The translations under genes were made by a program, and so were the position numbers. From Candidatus Multivorans sp. (GTDB lineage: Bacteria > Acidobacteriota > Thermoanaerobaculia > Multivoradales > Multivoraceae): a stretch of DNA of 64,000 nt. Every line of letters starts with the position of its first letter. The first letter of the stretch is position 1. The stretch covers positions 224,001 to 288,000 of the forward strand of contig OZ251997.1 in the NCBI GenBank assembly GCA_965247095.1, written 5' to 3'. The notes beneath the pieces are model-generated. The model searched no databases. It worked only from the letters and a program-made list of their open reading frames with translations, and was not told the DNA's origin. Below, in pieces: positions 1 through 8,630 of the stretch.

Positions 1-366
1 CCAACTGACGAGCATGTCGAAGGCGTAGGCAAAGACGATCTGCGCGAGGATGAGTGCCGCCTGGTTGCTCATCTGGTCCCAGTACAGGCCCCAGTAGACG
101 TAGATGCAGGTCTGAACGAATGCCTGCACGTAGTGCGAGGGGATGAGGGAGACCTTCAGCTTGAGTTCGCGACCGTCCTGAGCGGAACTCGCCAGGAGGC
201 GAGCTTGCAGGAGGACCAGGGCCGCACAGGCGGTCCAGACCGACCAGCTCAGTTCGGAGCTGCCCCGGAACTGTGGCAGCAGCGAGAACGCAAGCAGCAG
301 GAGAGTGAAGGACGCTGGCAGCCACCAGGTCGGCGGCAGCCGCCGGGCTTTCCCGATGTCGGTCAT
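1..366 (-). CDS. Integral membrane protein, 3' end runs off the window (partial)
   Basis: Manual translation MTDIGKARRLPPTWWLPASFTLLLLAFSLL...HYVQAFVQTCIYVYWGLYWDQ...IVFAYAFDMLVSW; AGGAG RBS upstream of ATG at 366; several hydrophobic segments; absent from the ORF track because it has no stop in the window. Confidence 0.75.
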   Translation of the reverse strand, partial: MTDIGKARRLPPTWWLPASFTLLLLAFSLLPQFRGSSELSWSVWTACAALVLLQARLLASSAQDGRELKLKVSLIPSHYVQAFVQTCIYVYWGLYWDQMSNQAALILAQIVFAYAFDMLVSW

Positions 367-519
367 GCGGGATCTCCTACGGTCATGCCAGGAGTCGAGT
401 CGCGGCGTCCGCGCCGCGCTGACGCACAGGAACAGTGCTTGTCCCATACAAGTTTACGCGGCAGCTCGTCGGCCGGGAGCTATAGTCTTCGTGGATTCCT
501 TGGGTCCTAGAGGAGAACG

Positions 520-1080
520 ATGCGATCGAGAGCGCGCCGGCGTCGTTGGCGGGCCGGGAGCGTGATTCTGATGCTGGCGGTGCTCGCGGCCGCGGGTGTG
601 CTGGTAAGCCGCGCTGTCCGTGACGGTCGCGCGCAAGCGGCCCTGACCGACGCCCTGGTGACAAGCCGGGTACCGGGCCGGCTTGGCGAGACTCAGCGCC
701 GCCTCGAACGGCTGATCGTGGACTATCGCGACAGCCGGGCTGCCTGGGCTGCGCATGGCCACCTCGCTGAACTGCAGGCGGAGAACGGCAGGTTCGATGA
801 GGCCCGCAAGCTCTGGCAGAGCGTGGTCGAGAGGGCCCCGGGCGATCTCGCGGCGGACGCGGAGATGAACCTGATCCGCCTGGACCGCGAGCAGGGCCGG
901 CTCGAGGAGCTGGCCGGCAGGCTGGCGAGCCTGGTGGAGAGTGGAGAGAGCAGCCTGCCGGAGGATGTCCTCCTGTTCGAACTCGCCCAGACCCTCGAAG
1001 AGTTGGGGCGGCACGATGAGGCCCGCAAGATCAAGCGCTTCGAGGAAGTCGTGCCGGAAGGACCCCGGGTGCGCAGGTAG
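520..1080 (+). CDS. Membrane-anchored tetratricopeptide-repeat protein (YfgM-like)
   Basis: AGGAG RBS; N-terminal TM helix followed by TPR-like helices (LAELQAENGRFDEARKLWQSVV, LFELAQTLEELGRHDEAR). Confidence 0.7.
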   Translation: MRSRARRRRWRAGSVILMLAVLAAAGVLVSRAVRDGRAQAALTDALVTSRVPGRLGETQRRLERLIVDYRDSRAAWAAHGHLAELQAENGRFDEARKLWQSVVERAPGDLAADAEMNLIRLDREQGRLEELAGRLASLVESGESSLPEDVLLFELAQTLEELGRHDEARKIKRFEEVVPEGPRVRR

Positions 1081-1092
1081 CGGCCTCTCCGG

Positions 1093-1527
1093 CTACTCCT
1101 CAGCAGACGAGCGCTGTACCTCGGCGATGATTCGCTGGCGCACCGCGGTCGGGTTGGTTACCGGTTGACGGCGCAGTCGCCCCACTTCGGCTGCCTCATA
1201 GGGCTTCAGGTCCTTTGCGTTCTCGGGATCGAAGCGCCTGACGATCCAGTTCATCAATCTGGCCAGAGCCGCGTCGTCGATGAAAGCCTGGGAGGCGCCG
1301 GGCACCTGAACGAGATAGTCGCGCCACTCCGGGCTGGAGATGAACTTGCCCACCTCGCCGGGCAACGGAGGAACCGTGCCCTCCACGCCGGAACCGTCGG
1401 CCATGTGGCAGCCCTGGCAGTGCAGCATGTAGTCGAGGTGGGCGAGACGGTAGGTCTCCGCCTCGTCGGCCGCGGCCGCACCCGCGCACACGAAACCGAG
1501 CGTGAGCAGAACGACGACGCGATGCAC
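1093..1527 (-). CDS. Monoheme c-type cytochrome, exported; last gene of the amine dehydrogenase cluster
   Basis: Signal peptide ending AAA-D, CQGCH heme motif; GTG start at 1527 (alternative 1551) rather than the ORF-track start at 1686, which overlaps mauA. Confidence 0.85.
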   Translation of the reverse strand: MHRVVVLLTLGFVCAGAAAADEAETYRLAHLDYMLHCQGCHMADGSGVEGTVPPLPGEVGKFISSPEWRDYLVQVPGASQAFIDDAALARLMNWIVRRFDPENAKDLKPYEAAEVGRLRRQPVTNPTAVRQRIIAEVQRSSAEE

Positions 1528-1564
1528 TTCGCGGTGTACCTCGGAATCCACGAATCCAGTCGTG

Positions 1565-2086
1565 CTATTCGGCGACTGCAAGAATGCGGGACATCGTGCA
1601 GTGGTAGCCGAACGGAGCGCCGCCGTTTCCGCACCAGAGGACGGAGTTCGAACGCTGCGGCTGGTACCGCGCGGTGTCGCCCTCATTCGTGTTGCAGTAG
1701 CAGCGTTGGCAGGGGAAGGCGCCGCAGCAGTCGTGGTAGGCGACGACGTAACTCTTGCCGTCCGCCGGATTCAGGCAGGTGCCGGTCCAGGTGACGGGCG
1801 CCGCCTTGGACCCCGGCGGGCAGGAGTTCGTCGAGCCGCCGCAGCACCCGCACAGCCAACCGTCGACCGAGCAGTACGCCCAGTAGTCGCACTGCGCGGG
1901 ATCCTGATTGGGGTCCGCCGCCGCGCCCTCTGCGGACTCCTGCGCGAAAACGCGGTCCACCGGCAGCAGCGGCAGCAGAACGCCGCCGGCGATGACGCTA
2001 CCCAGTGAACCGAGCACCGACCTCCGGGAGGTCCTGTCGGCGAGACGGGTGGCCGCGCGAATCGAGATGTTGTCGAACCAGTTCAT
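1565..2086 (-). CDS. mauA: Amine dehydrogenase light (TTQ) subunit, MauA/AauA family
   Basis: Tat leader SRRSVL; CDYW..CSVDG..CGCCGG...CPPG...VTWTGTC..P.DGK.Y...YHDCCG...WC....YHCT pattern with both TTQ tryptophans (TWTGT, VLWC); GAGGT RBS before ATG 2086. Confidence 0.95.
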   Translation of the reverse strand: MNWFDNISIRAATRLADRTSRRSVLGSLGSVIAGGVLLPLLPVDRVFAQESAEGAAADPNQDPAQCDYWAYCSVDGWLCGCCGGSTNSCPPGSKAAPVTWTGTCLNPADGKSYVVAYHDCCGAFPCQRCYCNTNEGDTARYQPQRSNSVLWCGNGGAPFGYHCTMSRILAVAE

Positions 2087-2094
2087 GGCAAACC

Positions 2095-2733
2095 TCACGA
2101 TGGTTGTTGTGATCCCCCTGCGATCAGCGCCGGCCCTTCGTCCCGGCGCTCGAGAAACTCCTGAATCGAGCTGACACCCAGCCTCTTAGCCTCAAAGAGG
2201 CTCTCGACGTGCTCCCTGCTGTTGGTGAGCCCTTGCGCGGCAATGACGCCTTGCTCGTCGATCAGCACCCCGTAGGGGAGCTTCCCGATTTCGTAGGTGA
2301 TGCCGAGTTCCGGCGAGAGCACGTACGTGAAACCGTCGAGCCCGTTCTTCTTCCGGAACTTCGCATGCTGCACCGGATCGCCGTCACTCGCGAAGACGAG
2401 CCGGAGCCAACTCGACTCCGCCTGGGCGATGGAGCGTAGCGCGGGAAGAAGTTGGGCGCATACGGGGCAGTTGGGCGTCAGGAAAGTGATCAGCGTGCTC
2501 TTGCCGTCGGAATCGGGCGCGCCGACGACGACCGCTTCGCCGTCGAGGGTCTCCAGCCGGAACTCGGGCGACTTCTCGCCGACCCGCACCTGTTTGCTGA
2601 GCGCCAGGGCGCCGACCGGGCCCAGCCGTTGATGCAGTACGCCGACCTGGCGTGCGAGCGCGAAGCTCACCACGGCGAGACAAAGAATCGCGCAGCCCTG
2701 GATCGCGAGCAGGATGGCGACGGAGGTCGTCAA
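2095..2733 (-). CDS. mauD: Amine dehydrogenase accessory thioredoxin-like protein MauD
   Basis: ALARQVGVLHQRLGPVGAL, CPVC motif, IGKLPYGVLID, GLTNSREHVESLFEA; TTG start with GGAG RBS overlapping the mauE stop. Confidence 0.92.
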   Translation of the reverse strand: MTTSVAILLAIQGCAILCLAVVSFALARQVGVLHQRLGPVGALALSKQVRVGEKSPEFRLETLDGEAVVVGAPDSDGKSTLITFLTPNCPVCAQLLPALRSIAQAESSWLRLVFASDGDPVQHAKFRKKNGLDGFTYVLSPELGITYEIGKLPYGVLIDEQGVIAAQGLTNSREHVESLFEAKRLGVSSIQEFLERRDEGPALIAGGSQQPS

Positions 2734-3290
2734 GACGTTTGCTCCCGGAGCAGACCGTGATTGGCGATGAGCACGTCCGCCGTAGCGTACATGGCGATGG
2801 CGAAGATGCCGAGCGAGAAGGCGCCGGTGTAGTCCGCGACCTCCAGCGGTCGCGCAGTCGCCGCCGGCGCCAGCAGGAGCGCTACGGCGATGAGCACCAG
2901 ATTCCGCCAGACCAGCGCCCATCCGGCGGGTTGCCCGCTGGCGCCGGCCCAGGAGCAGCCGCAGTCCTCCGGCGCGATGCCGCGGAGGATGCTCACGCTC
3001 ATGCCGAGCGCGTAGAGGGCAAGCAGCGTGACGACCACTGCGGCGGCCGCCGGCCCCGATGGGTAGAGGGCGCACAGGCCCGCGGCCAGAAGCTCCGTTG
3101 CGATGAGCCCGGCCGTCACCATGCCCGCAAGCACGGACCAACCCGGAAGGCCGAAGCTCTCCAGGTAGCGGGACGTGATCGCCGAAGTTGCCCGGAGGTC
3201 GCGCAGTTTGTGCACGGCGGTACCGAGAAACAGCAGCGTGAGCAGGACGCGCACGCCGAGTTGCACGACCGGGTCGATGGCGAGGCTCAT
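2730..3290 (-). CDS. mauE: Amine dehydrogenase accessory membrane protein MauE
   Basis: Multi-TM protein with AVHKLRD, DCGC and LVWRNLVL motifs; located between mauB and mauD. Confidence 0.92.
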   Translation of the reverse strand: MSLAIDPVVQLGVRVLLTLLFLGTAVHKLRDLRATSAITSRYLESFGLPGWSVLAGMVTAGLIATELLAAGLCALYPSGPAAAAVVVTLLALYALGMSVSILRGIAPEDCGCSWAGASGQPAGWALVWRNLVLIAVALLLAPAATARPLEVADYTGAFSLGIFAIAMYATADVLIANHGLLREQTS

Positions 3291-3297
3291 CGAGGAC

Positions 3298-4479
3298 TCA
3301 GTCCCAAGGTTGAATCATGACGATGGTGCCTCTGACCTCCTGATTGGGGGACAGCACGCGCGTCACCTCTCCCGTGTTCGCGTCGTAGATGTCGACGTGG
3401 GAATAGGTCGTCGCATAGAGGAGCGGCGCGTCGTCCTGGCTCACCGCGATCGCGGCGGTGGCGCGGTCCATCTTGTAGCGGGCAAGTCGTTCGCGGCTCT
3501 CGATGTCGAACACCCAGACCTCGAAGCCGAAGCCGCGGTGGAAGTCGTAGCCGCCCGGCTTCCGCTCGAGATCGGGTACCACGGACATCAGCATGAAGAG
3601 GCGGCCGGACCCGTCGTGGGCCGCCATGTGTTGGTTTGGCGCCGCGGGCACCCAGACCCCGGCGTCGTCCTCCTCACGGAACGTCCAGGGTTCCTGGAAG
3701 GAGATCTCGCCGCCGCTCGTGTCGACGGCGTGCATCACGCCGCGCACCGAGGCGAAGTACCAGACGTCTCCCGACCTCGCGCCCGTGGGATGGAGGGGAT
3801 CCCCTTCCGCGTCGAAGAAACCGGGGTGGCTTGTTCTCGCGCTCTCGGCGCCGTTGTCGTCCAGGTCGACCGCCAGCACGGCGCCGTCGCCGCACAACGA
3901 CAGGAACCGGCGGGGGCCGGCCGCCATCGTGTGCGCGCAGCCGCCGGTCTCGATCTCGCCGACGTACTTGCGCTTCTCCAGGTCGACCACCCCGAAGCTC
4001 AGGGCGGGAGTAAAGAACGACTGGATGAGGAAGCGATCGTCGTCCGTCAGGGTGGTGAGGTTGATGCTCGCCAGACCCCGCATCGCCTTCGGCGGTTCGA
4101 TCGGGATTTCGCCTTTGATCTCGAGCGTCTTGGCATCGAAGATCTCGACCACCTCGACGAGCTCGCCGTGGTAGCCGCGCGTGAGGTACACGGCATGGTT
4201 GTAGATCTCGTCGCCGGAGCTGGGGATCTGGGGCAGGAGGCCCTGGTAGCCGAGCTCGATCGTGCCGAGAACGGTTCCCGCGTCGGCGTCGATGAGGTCC
4301 GCGTGCGCGTAGTTGGGGAAGGCCGCGATCCAGACCCAGTGGGCGCCGTCCGGTTTGTCCGGGAGGACCGCGGTGAAAAGCGGCTCCGGCAGCGAGGCCG
4401 GATCGATCTGCGCTGAAGCCGGAATTCCGGCGAACCCGATAAAGGCGGCGAGCGCCACTGCCGAAAACGTCCTCTTCAT
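3298..4479 (-). CDS. mauB: Amine dehydrogenase heavy subunit (beta-propeller), MauB/AauB family
   Basis: Signal peptide MKRTFSAV...ASA; YLTRGYHGELVEVVEIFDAKTL, TPALSFGVVDL, ETGGC, FLSLCGDG, IAVSQDDAPLLY motifs. Confidence 0.92.
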   Translation of the reverse strand: MKRTFSAVALAAFIGFAGIPASAQIDPASLPEPLFTAVLPDKPDGAHWVWIAAFPNYAHADLIDADAGTVLGTIELGYQGLLPQIPSSGDEIYNHAVYLTRGYHGELVEVVEIFDAKTLEIKGEIPIEPPKAMRGLASINLTTLTDDDRFLIQSFFTPALSFGVVDLEKRKYVGEIETGGCAHTMAAGPRRFLSLCGDGAVLAVDLDDNGAESARTSHPGFFDAEGDPLHPTGARSGDVWYFASVRGVMHAVDTSGGEISFQEPWTFREEDDAGVWVPAAPNQHMAAHDGSGRLFMLMSVVPDLERKPGGYDFHRGFGFEVWVFDIESRERLARYKMDRATAAIAVSQDDAPLLYATTYSHVDIYDANTGEVTRVLSPNQEVRGTIVMIQPWD

Positions 4480-4481
4480 GT

Positions 4482-5000
4482 CTATTCCTTTCGGGTCCAG
4501 AACAACTCGTACTCGGTCTCCCACGTCTCGCCGTTGTCGGTGGAGAGCACGGAAAGCTCGCGCAGCCGTCCGTCGGGCAGCGTGAAGAAGCTGAAGCGGC
4601 CACTGGTCCCTTCGTCCAGATCGGCCGTCTCAAACCGGAACTCGTCGCTCACCATGTTCCCGTTCTCGAACCGCATCCGCTGTCCGCCCGGCTTCCCCGA
4701 GGCGGAGAGGTAGCTCCAGTTGTCGCGTGTGTCGCTGTAGACGAGAACACAGAAGAAGTCCCGTATACCCTCCATGCGGGTCATCCACTGTTCGACGAGA
4801 TAGCAGCCCTCGGGCCCCAGCTCCCAGACAACTTCGGCCATGAGCGTGCCGTCGCCAGTGTGTACCTCCCATTCGCCGACCAGGTGGTGCGCGGCCGCAC
4901 AGGCGGGATTCGCCGGCTCGTGTGAATCGGCCATTGCGGCCGAGGCGGCTAGGAGCGTGACCGTCACGGACCCCCAAGCGAGAAGTCGCGTCAAACCCAT
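4482..5000 (-). CDS. Exported hypothetical protein (DUF1579-like beta-barrel), first gene of the mau operon
   Basis: Signal peptide (AMA), LVGEWEV, GCYLVEQW and STDNGETWET motifs; strong GGAGGAGG RBS; 2 nt from the mauB start. Confidence 0.7.
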   Translation of the reverse strand: MGLTRLLAWGSVTVTLLAASAAMADSHEPANPACAAAHHLVGEWEVHTGDGTLMAEVVWELGPEGCYLVEQWMTRMEGIRDFFCVLVYSDTRDNWSYLSASGKPGGQRMRFENGNMVSDEFRFETADLDEGTSGRFSFFTLPDGRLRELSVLSTDNGETWETEYELFWTRKE

Positions 5001-5217
5001 GTCGTCCTCCTCCTGAAGGCGCCCTTCGGCCTTCCGACGGTTGGCCTTCCCAGCGATGTTACGGTGGATTCACTGTGCCGGAGAACGTATGGGAAGTCAA
5101 GGTGCGTATGGGCATTCCACGTTTGCTCAGATTCGCTAAGGAAATGCCCTTGACATCCGAGGGCGGCTTCATAACTGTGATAGTTAGCCAGAACAAGCGA
5201 CAAGCAAGGGAGGTTGG

Positions 5218-8034
5218 ATGAAGTCACCTCATGGTTCACACGGGAGAGTTCTTCTCGCCCTCGGTGTTTTGCTGCTCCTTGTGTCGACGGCGGCCTACGG
5301 CCAGAACGTCGGCACGGTACGCGGTACGGTCCGCTCGGCGGACGGAGAATCGCTGCCCGGAGTGCTGGTGCAGGTTACGGGCGACATCGTGCGCGGCGAG
5401 CGCAATTCGGTGTCCGGGGCCACCGGCGAGTACCTGGTTGCCGGGCTTCCTCCAGGCCTGGTGACGCTGACCGCGACGCTCGAGGGGCTGGAGACGGAGA
5501 CGGTCGAAGGCGTCCGCGTCTCGATCTCCGGCGTGGCCGTCGTGGACTTCTCGATGCGGGTCGAAGGGGTCGAAGAGGCGATCACGGTGACCTCGGAGGC
5601 GCCAATCCTCGATGTGACGAGCTCCTCGGCCAGCAGCAGTTTCCAGGCCGAGTTGATCGACGCCAAGCCGACGACCCAGCGCAACTTCCAGGAACTGGCC
5701 CTGATGGCCCCCGGCGTCAGCGCGATCGGCCGCATCGGATCGGTCGGCGTGTATTCGGGGTTCGTCTCCGCTTACGGACGGGACGAGGGGTCGGTGGCCT
5801 GGAACGTCGACGGACTGAGCATCAACTTCCCGGATACCGGCAACATCTGGGGCGGGTGGGCCGACCCGGACACGATCGCCGAGGTGCAGGTGCTCGGCGT
5901 CGGCGCTCCGGCCGAGTACGGAAACATGACGGGCGCCGCGGTCAATGTGGTCACCAAGTCGGGAACTAACACCTTGCAGGGGCGGGTGGGCTACACCGGC
6001 GAGTTCGACGAGTTGACCTCCACGGGTCCCGAAGTGGAGGATGCGCTTGCGGTCGAGCGCGGTTTCGTGAGAGACACGTACAACAGTTGGGCCCTGTCGG
6101 CGGGCGGCCCGATCAAGAAGGACAAGCTGTACTTCTTCGCCGCGGTCGGGCTCAAGGAGGATCGGTTGCTGGAGCCGGGGGCGACTCCCAGCATCAACAT
6201 CCCGGTCAGCACCTTCGACCACTACAACCTGAAGCTGGACTGGTCGATCAACCCTTCGCACACGCTGACGGGCGCCTACCAGTTCGAGGAGTACGCGCGC
6301 TCGTACGGCAACAGCAGTCGCGTGATCACGAATCCGGCAGCGGTCGGCACCGAGTACTCGGTGGTCCCGTACTCCCGCTTCGGCTACCAGGGGGTGCTGG
6401 GCGGCAACACGATCTTCGAGGTGAACTGGTCCGACATCATCAACAAGAACCGCAACGTTTCGGCGACCGGCAGCCTGGAGCCGCCCTTCATCGACTACAA
6501 CACGAGTCCCCAGACGCTCAGCGGCGGCAAGACGTACCCCTACATGTACCCGGTGTGGTGGAACCGCGGTCACGCCAAGGTGACGCACTTCGCCGAGGAT
6601 CTCGGCGGCAGCCACGAGTTCAAGTTCGGATTCCAGTACAGCAGCACCGGCGAGAAGGCGGCGGCTGTCTATCCCGGCTTCGGTGGCAAGTACTACTACA
6701 AGTACGGGGCCAACTACTACGTCTACTCGCGCAAGGAGCACTACTACGGGGCGAACACGGAGGCTTTCGGGCTCTACGTGGACGATTCCTGGCGCGTCAA
6801 CGACCGTTTGACCCTGAACCTCGGCATACGGACCGACTCGGACGGGGGCGAGATTCCGCCCTATCCGATCCTGGAGTCCTACCTCTGCGACAAGCTGAAC
6901 TGCGGCGTCACGACCGGGGAGTTCCAGCCGAGGTACGCGGACGTCGTCGACTACTCGAGCGTCGACCCGCGGCTGGGGTTGGCCTACCGGATCGGCGACG
7001 GTGACAAACAGGCTGTCCTCCGGGCATCCGTCGGCAGGTACCACGAGACGAACGTCGTCTCCAACTGGCAGCAACCGCACCCCGACCGCCCGGTCGCCCG
7101 GTTCGGCTCCAGCCCGAACCGGCACGGTCCGTTCACCTACTTCCGCGAGTTGGGGGATGGCACCTTCGGGCTGCCGAGGAAGGATCTGAAACGACCGCAG
7201 ACGGATCAGTTCGCGGTCGGCTACGAACAGCAGCTTGGGGAGTACGTCGTCGGTCTTCAGTTCGTGGCGCACGAGACGACGGACCTGATCGGCTGGCAGA
7301 TCGCCGACGACGGCGAGTACGAGGACGTGCCGTACGTCAACCCCCTGACGGGCGAGACGATCATGTTGAAGAACATGATCGTTCAGCCTACGCTCCAGAA
7401 GGGCAACCGGCCCGGAGATGCGGCGAACGCTCCACCGGGGACGAAGTACCACCAGGAGTACAAGGGCGCCTTCCTCACCTTCGCCAAGCGCCACACCGGC
7501 CGCTGGTCGTTGAACTCGTCGCTCGGCTGGTCGGAGTCGAAGGGACAGCAGTCCAACGGACTCAGCCAGAACCAGAACACCGCGTTCTACATCGGTCAGG
7601 CGGGCTCCGATCCGAACCATCATCTCTATGGAGGCGGTTTGGGCCAGAGCGACCGGCCGTGGACGTTCAGGACCCAGGCGACCTTCGACCTGCCCTGGGA
7701 CCTCAGGTTGGTCACCATCCTGAACTACGAGGACGGCCGCCCGTACCGCCACCTGGCGCGGGAGCGACTGAACCAGGGGAACGTCACGGTTCCGCTGGAG
7801 CGGATGACCGGCAAGCGCCGGATGCCCGACGTCAAGACCATCGACCTCGGTCTTTCACGGAGGTTCTCGCGCGGCGATCGGGTCGGGTTCAAGGTCGATC
7901 TGCAGGTGTTGAACCTGCTGGACGACGACGGCCACTACTACTGGGGAAGCTACGGCCGCTATCCGGCCGAACTGGTACCGTCGCAGTACTTCCTGCCGCG
8001 ACGGATGGCGGTACGCGTGGGCCTTGACTTCTAG
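5218..8034 (+). CDS. TonB-dependent receptor with N-terminal carboxypeptidase-regulatory-like domain (Oar-type)
   Basis: Signal peptide; GTVRGTV...LPGV.V, AEYGNMTGAAVNVVTKSGTN, GGPIKKDKLYFF, DDSWRVNDRLTLNLG; C-terminal Phe. Confidence 0.93.
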   Translation: MKSPHGSHGRVLLALGVLLLLVSTAAYGQNVGTVRGTVRSADGESLPGVLVQVTGDIVRGERNSVSGATGEYLVAGLPPGLVTLTATLEGLETETVEGVRVSISGVAVVDFSMRVEGVEEAITVTSEAPILDVTSSSASSSFQAELIDAKPTTQRNFQELALMAPGVSAIGRIGSVGVYSGFVSAYGRDEGSVAWNVDGLSINFPDTGNIWGGWADPDTIAEVQVLGVGAPAEYGNMTGAAVNVVTKSGTNTLQGRVGYTGEFDELTSTGPEVEDALAVERGFVRDTYNSWALSAGGPIKKDKLYFFAAVGLKEDRLLEPGATPSINIPVSTFDHYNLKLDWSINPSHTLTGAYQFEEYARSYGNSSRVITNPAAVGTEYSVVPYSRFGYQGVLGGNTIFEVNWSDIINKNRNVSATGSLEPPFIDYNTSPQTLSGGKTYPYMYPVWWNRGHAKVTHFAEDLGGSHEFKFGFQYSSTGEKAAAVYPGFGGKYYYKYGANYYVYSRKEHYYGANTEAFGLYVDDSWRVNDRLTLNLGIRTDSDGGEIPPYPILESYLCDKLNCGVTTGEFQPRYADVVDYSSVDPRLGLAYRIGDGDKQAVLRASVGRYHETNVVSNWQQPHPDRPVARFGSSPNRHGPFTYFRELGDGTFGLPRKDLKRPQTDQFAVGYEQQLGEYVVGLQFVAHETTDLIGWQIADDGEYEDVPYVNPLTGETIMLKNMIVQPTLQKGNRPGDAANAPPGTKYHQEYKGAFLTFAKRHTGRWSLNSSLGWSESKGQQSNGLSQNQNTAFYIGQAGSDPNHHLYGGGLGQSDRPWTFRTQATFDLPWDLRLVTILNYEDGRPYRHLARERLNQGNVTVPLERMTGKRRMPDVKTIDLGLSRRFSRGDRVGFKVDLQVLNLLDDDGHYYWGSYGRYPAELVPSQYFLPRRMAVRVGLDF

Positions 8035-8093
8035 GGGTCTGTGCGGCGGAGATGGAACGAACTGAACAACCTCTGGAAAGGTGGATTCCTGAC

Positions 8094-8630
8094 ATGACGA
8101 CTAAGCCCGACACGCCACTTCCCTTGGATCGCCGCACTCTGCTGGCCGCGGCCTCACTCGGAATCGTCGCGGCAGCCTGCGCTCCGGCGGAGGAGGAAGC
8201 CGCTGCGATGGAGGAGGAAACCGCTCCGGCAGGTGACGACGGCGGTCTGACGGAGGCGGAACTGTCGCATCGGCAGACGGCCCGCGACTTCGTCAAAGCG
8301 CTCGAGACGTCGGATTGGGACGCGTTCTCGGGCCTGCTCGCCGACGACGCCCGGTTCATCACCCACGCTGCGGAAGGCCCGTACGCCCGGTCACACTCGG
8401 AGGGCGGCGCGGTGATCACCGAAGCGATGACGCAGTTGATGGGGGGATTGACCGATCCCCACCTGACGATCACCCGCGAGCGGGTGCTGGGACACCTCGT
8501 GATCCACGAGCGCGAGGAGACCTTCACCACCGCGGACGGCCCCGCAGAAACGAACATCACCGCGATGTACCTCGTCCACCAGGGCAAGGTGCAGATCTGG
8601 TTCGAGCTGGTGGGTGAGCTGCCGGCTTAG
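8094..8630 (+). CDS. Tat-exported lipoprotein, NTF2/SnoaL (limonene-1,2-epoxide hydrolase-like) fold
   Basis: DRRTLL twin-arginine motif, lipobox VAAAC; RDFVKALETSDWD..LLADDA, LVIHERE, GKVQIW motifs; alternative start 8052. Confidence 0.7.
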   Translation: MTTKPDTPLPLDRRTLLAAASLGIVAAACAPAEEEAAAMEEETAPAGDDGGLTEAELSHRQTARDFVKALETSDWDAFSGLLADDARFITHAAEGPYARSHSEGGAVITEAMTQLMGGLTDPHLTITRERVLGHLVIHEREETFTTADGPAETNITAMYLVHQGKVQIWFELVGELPA

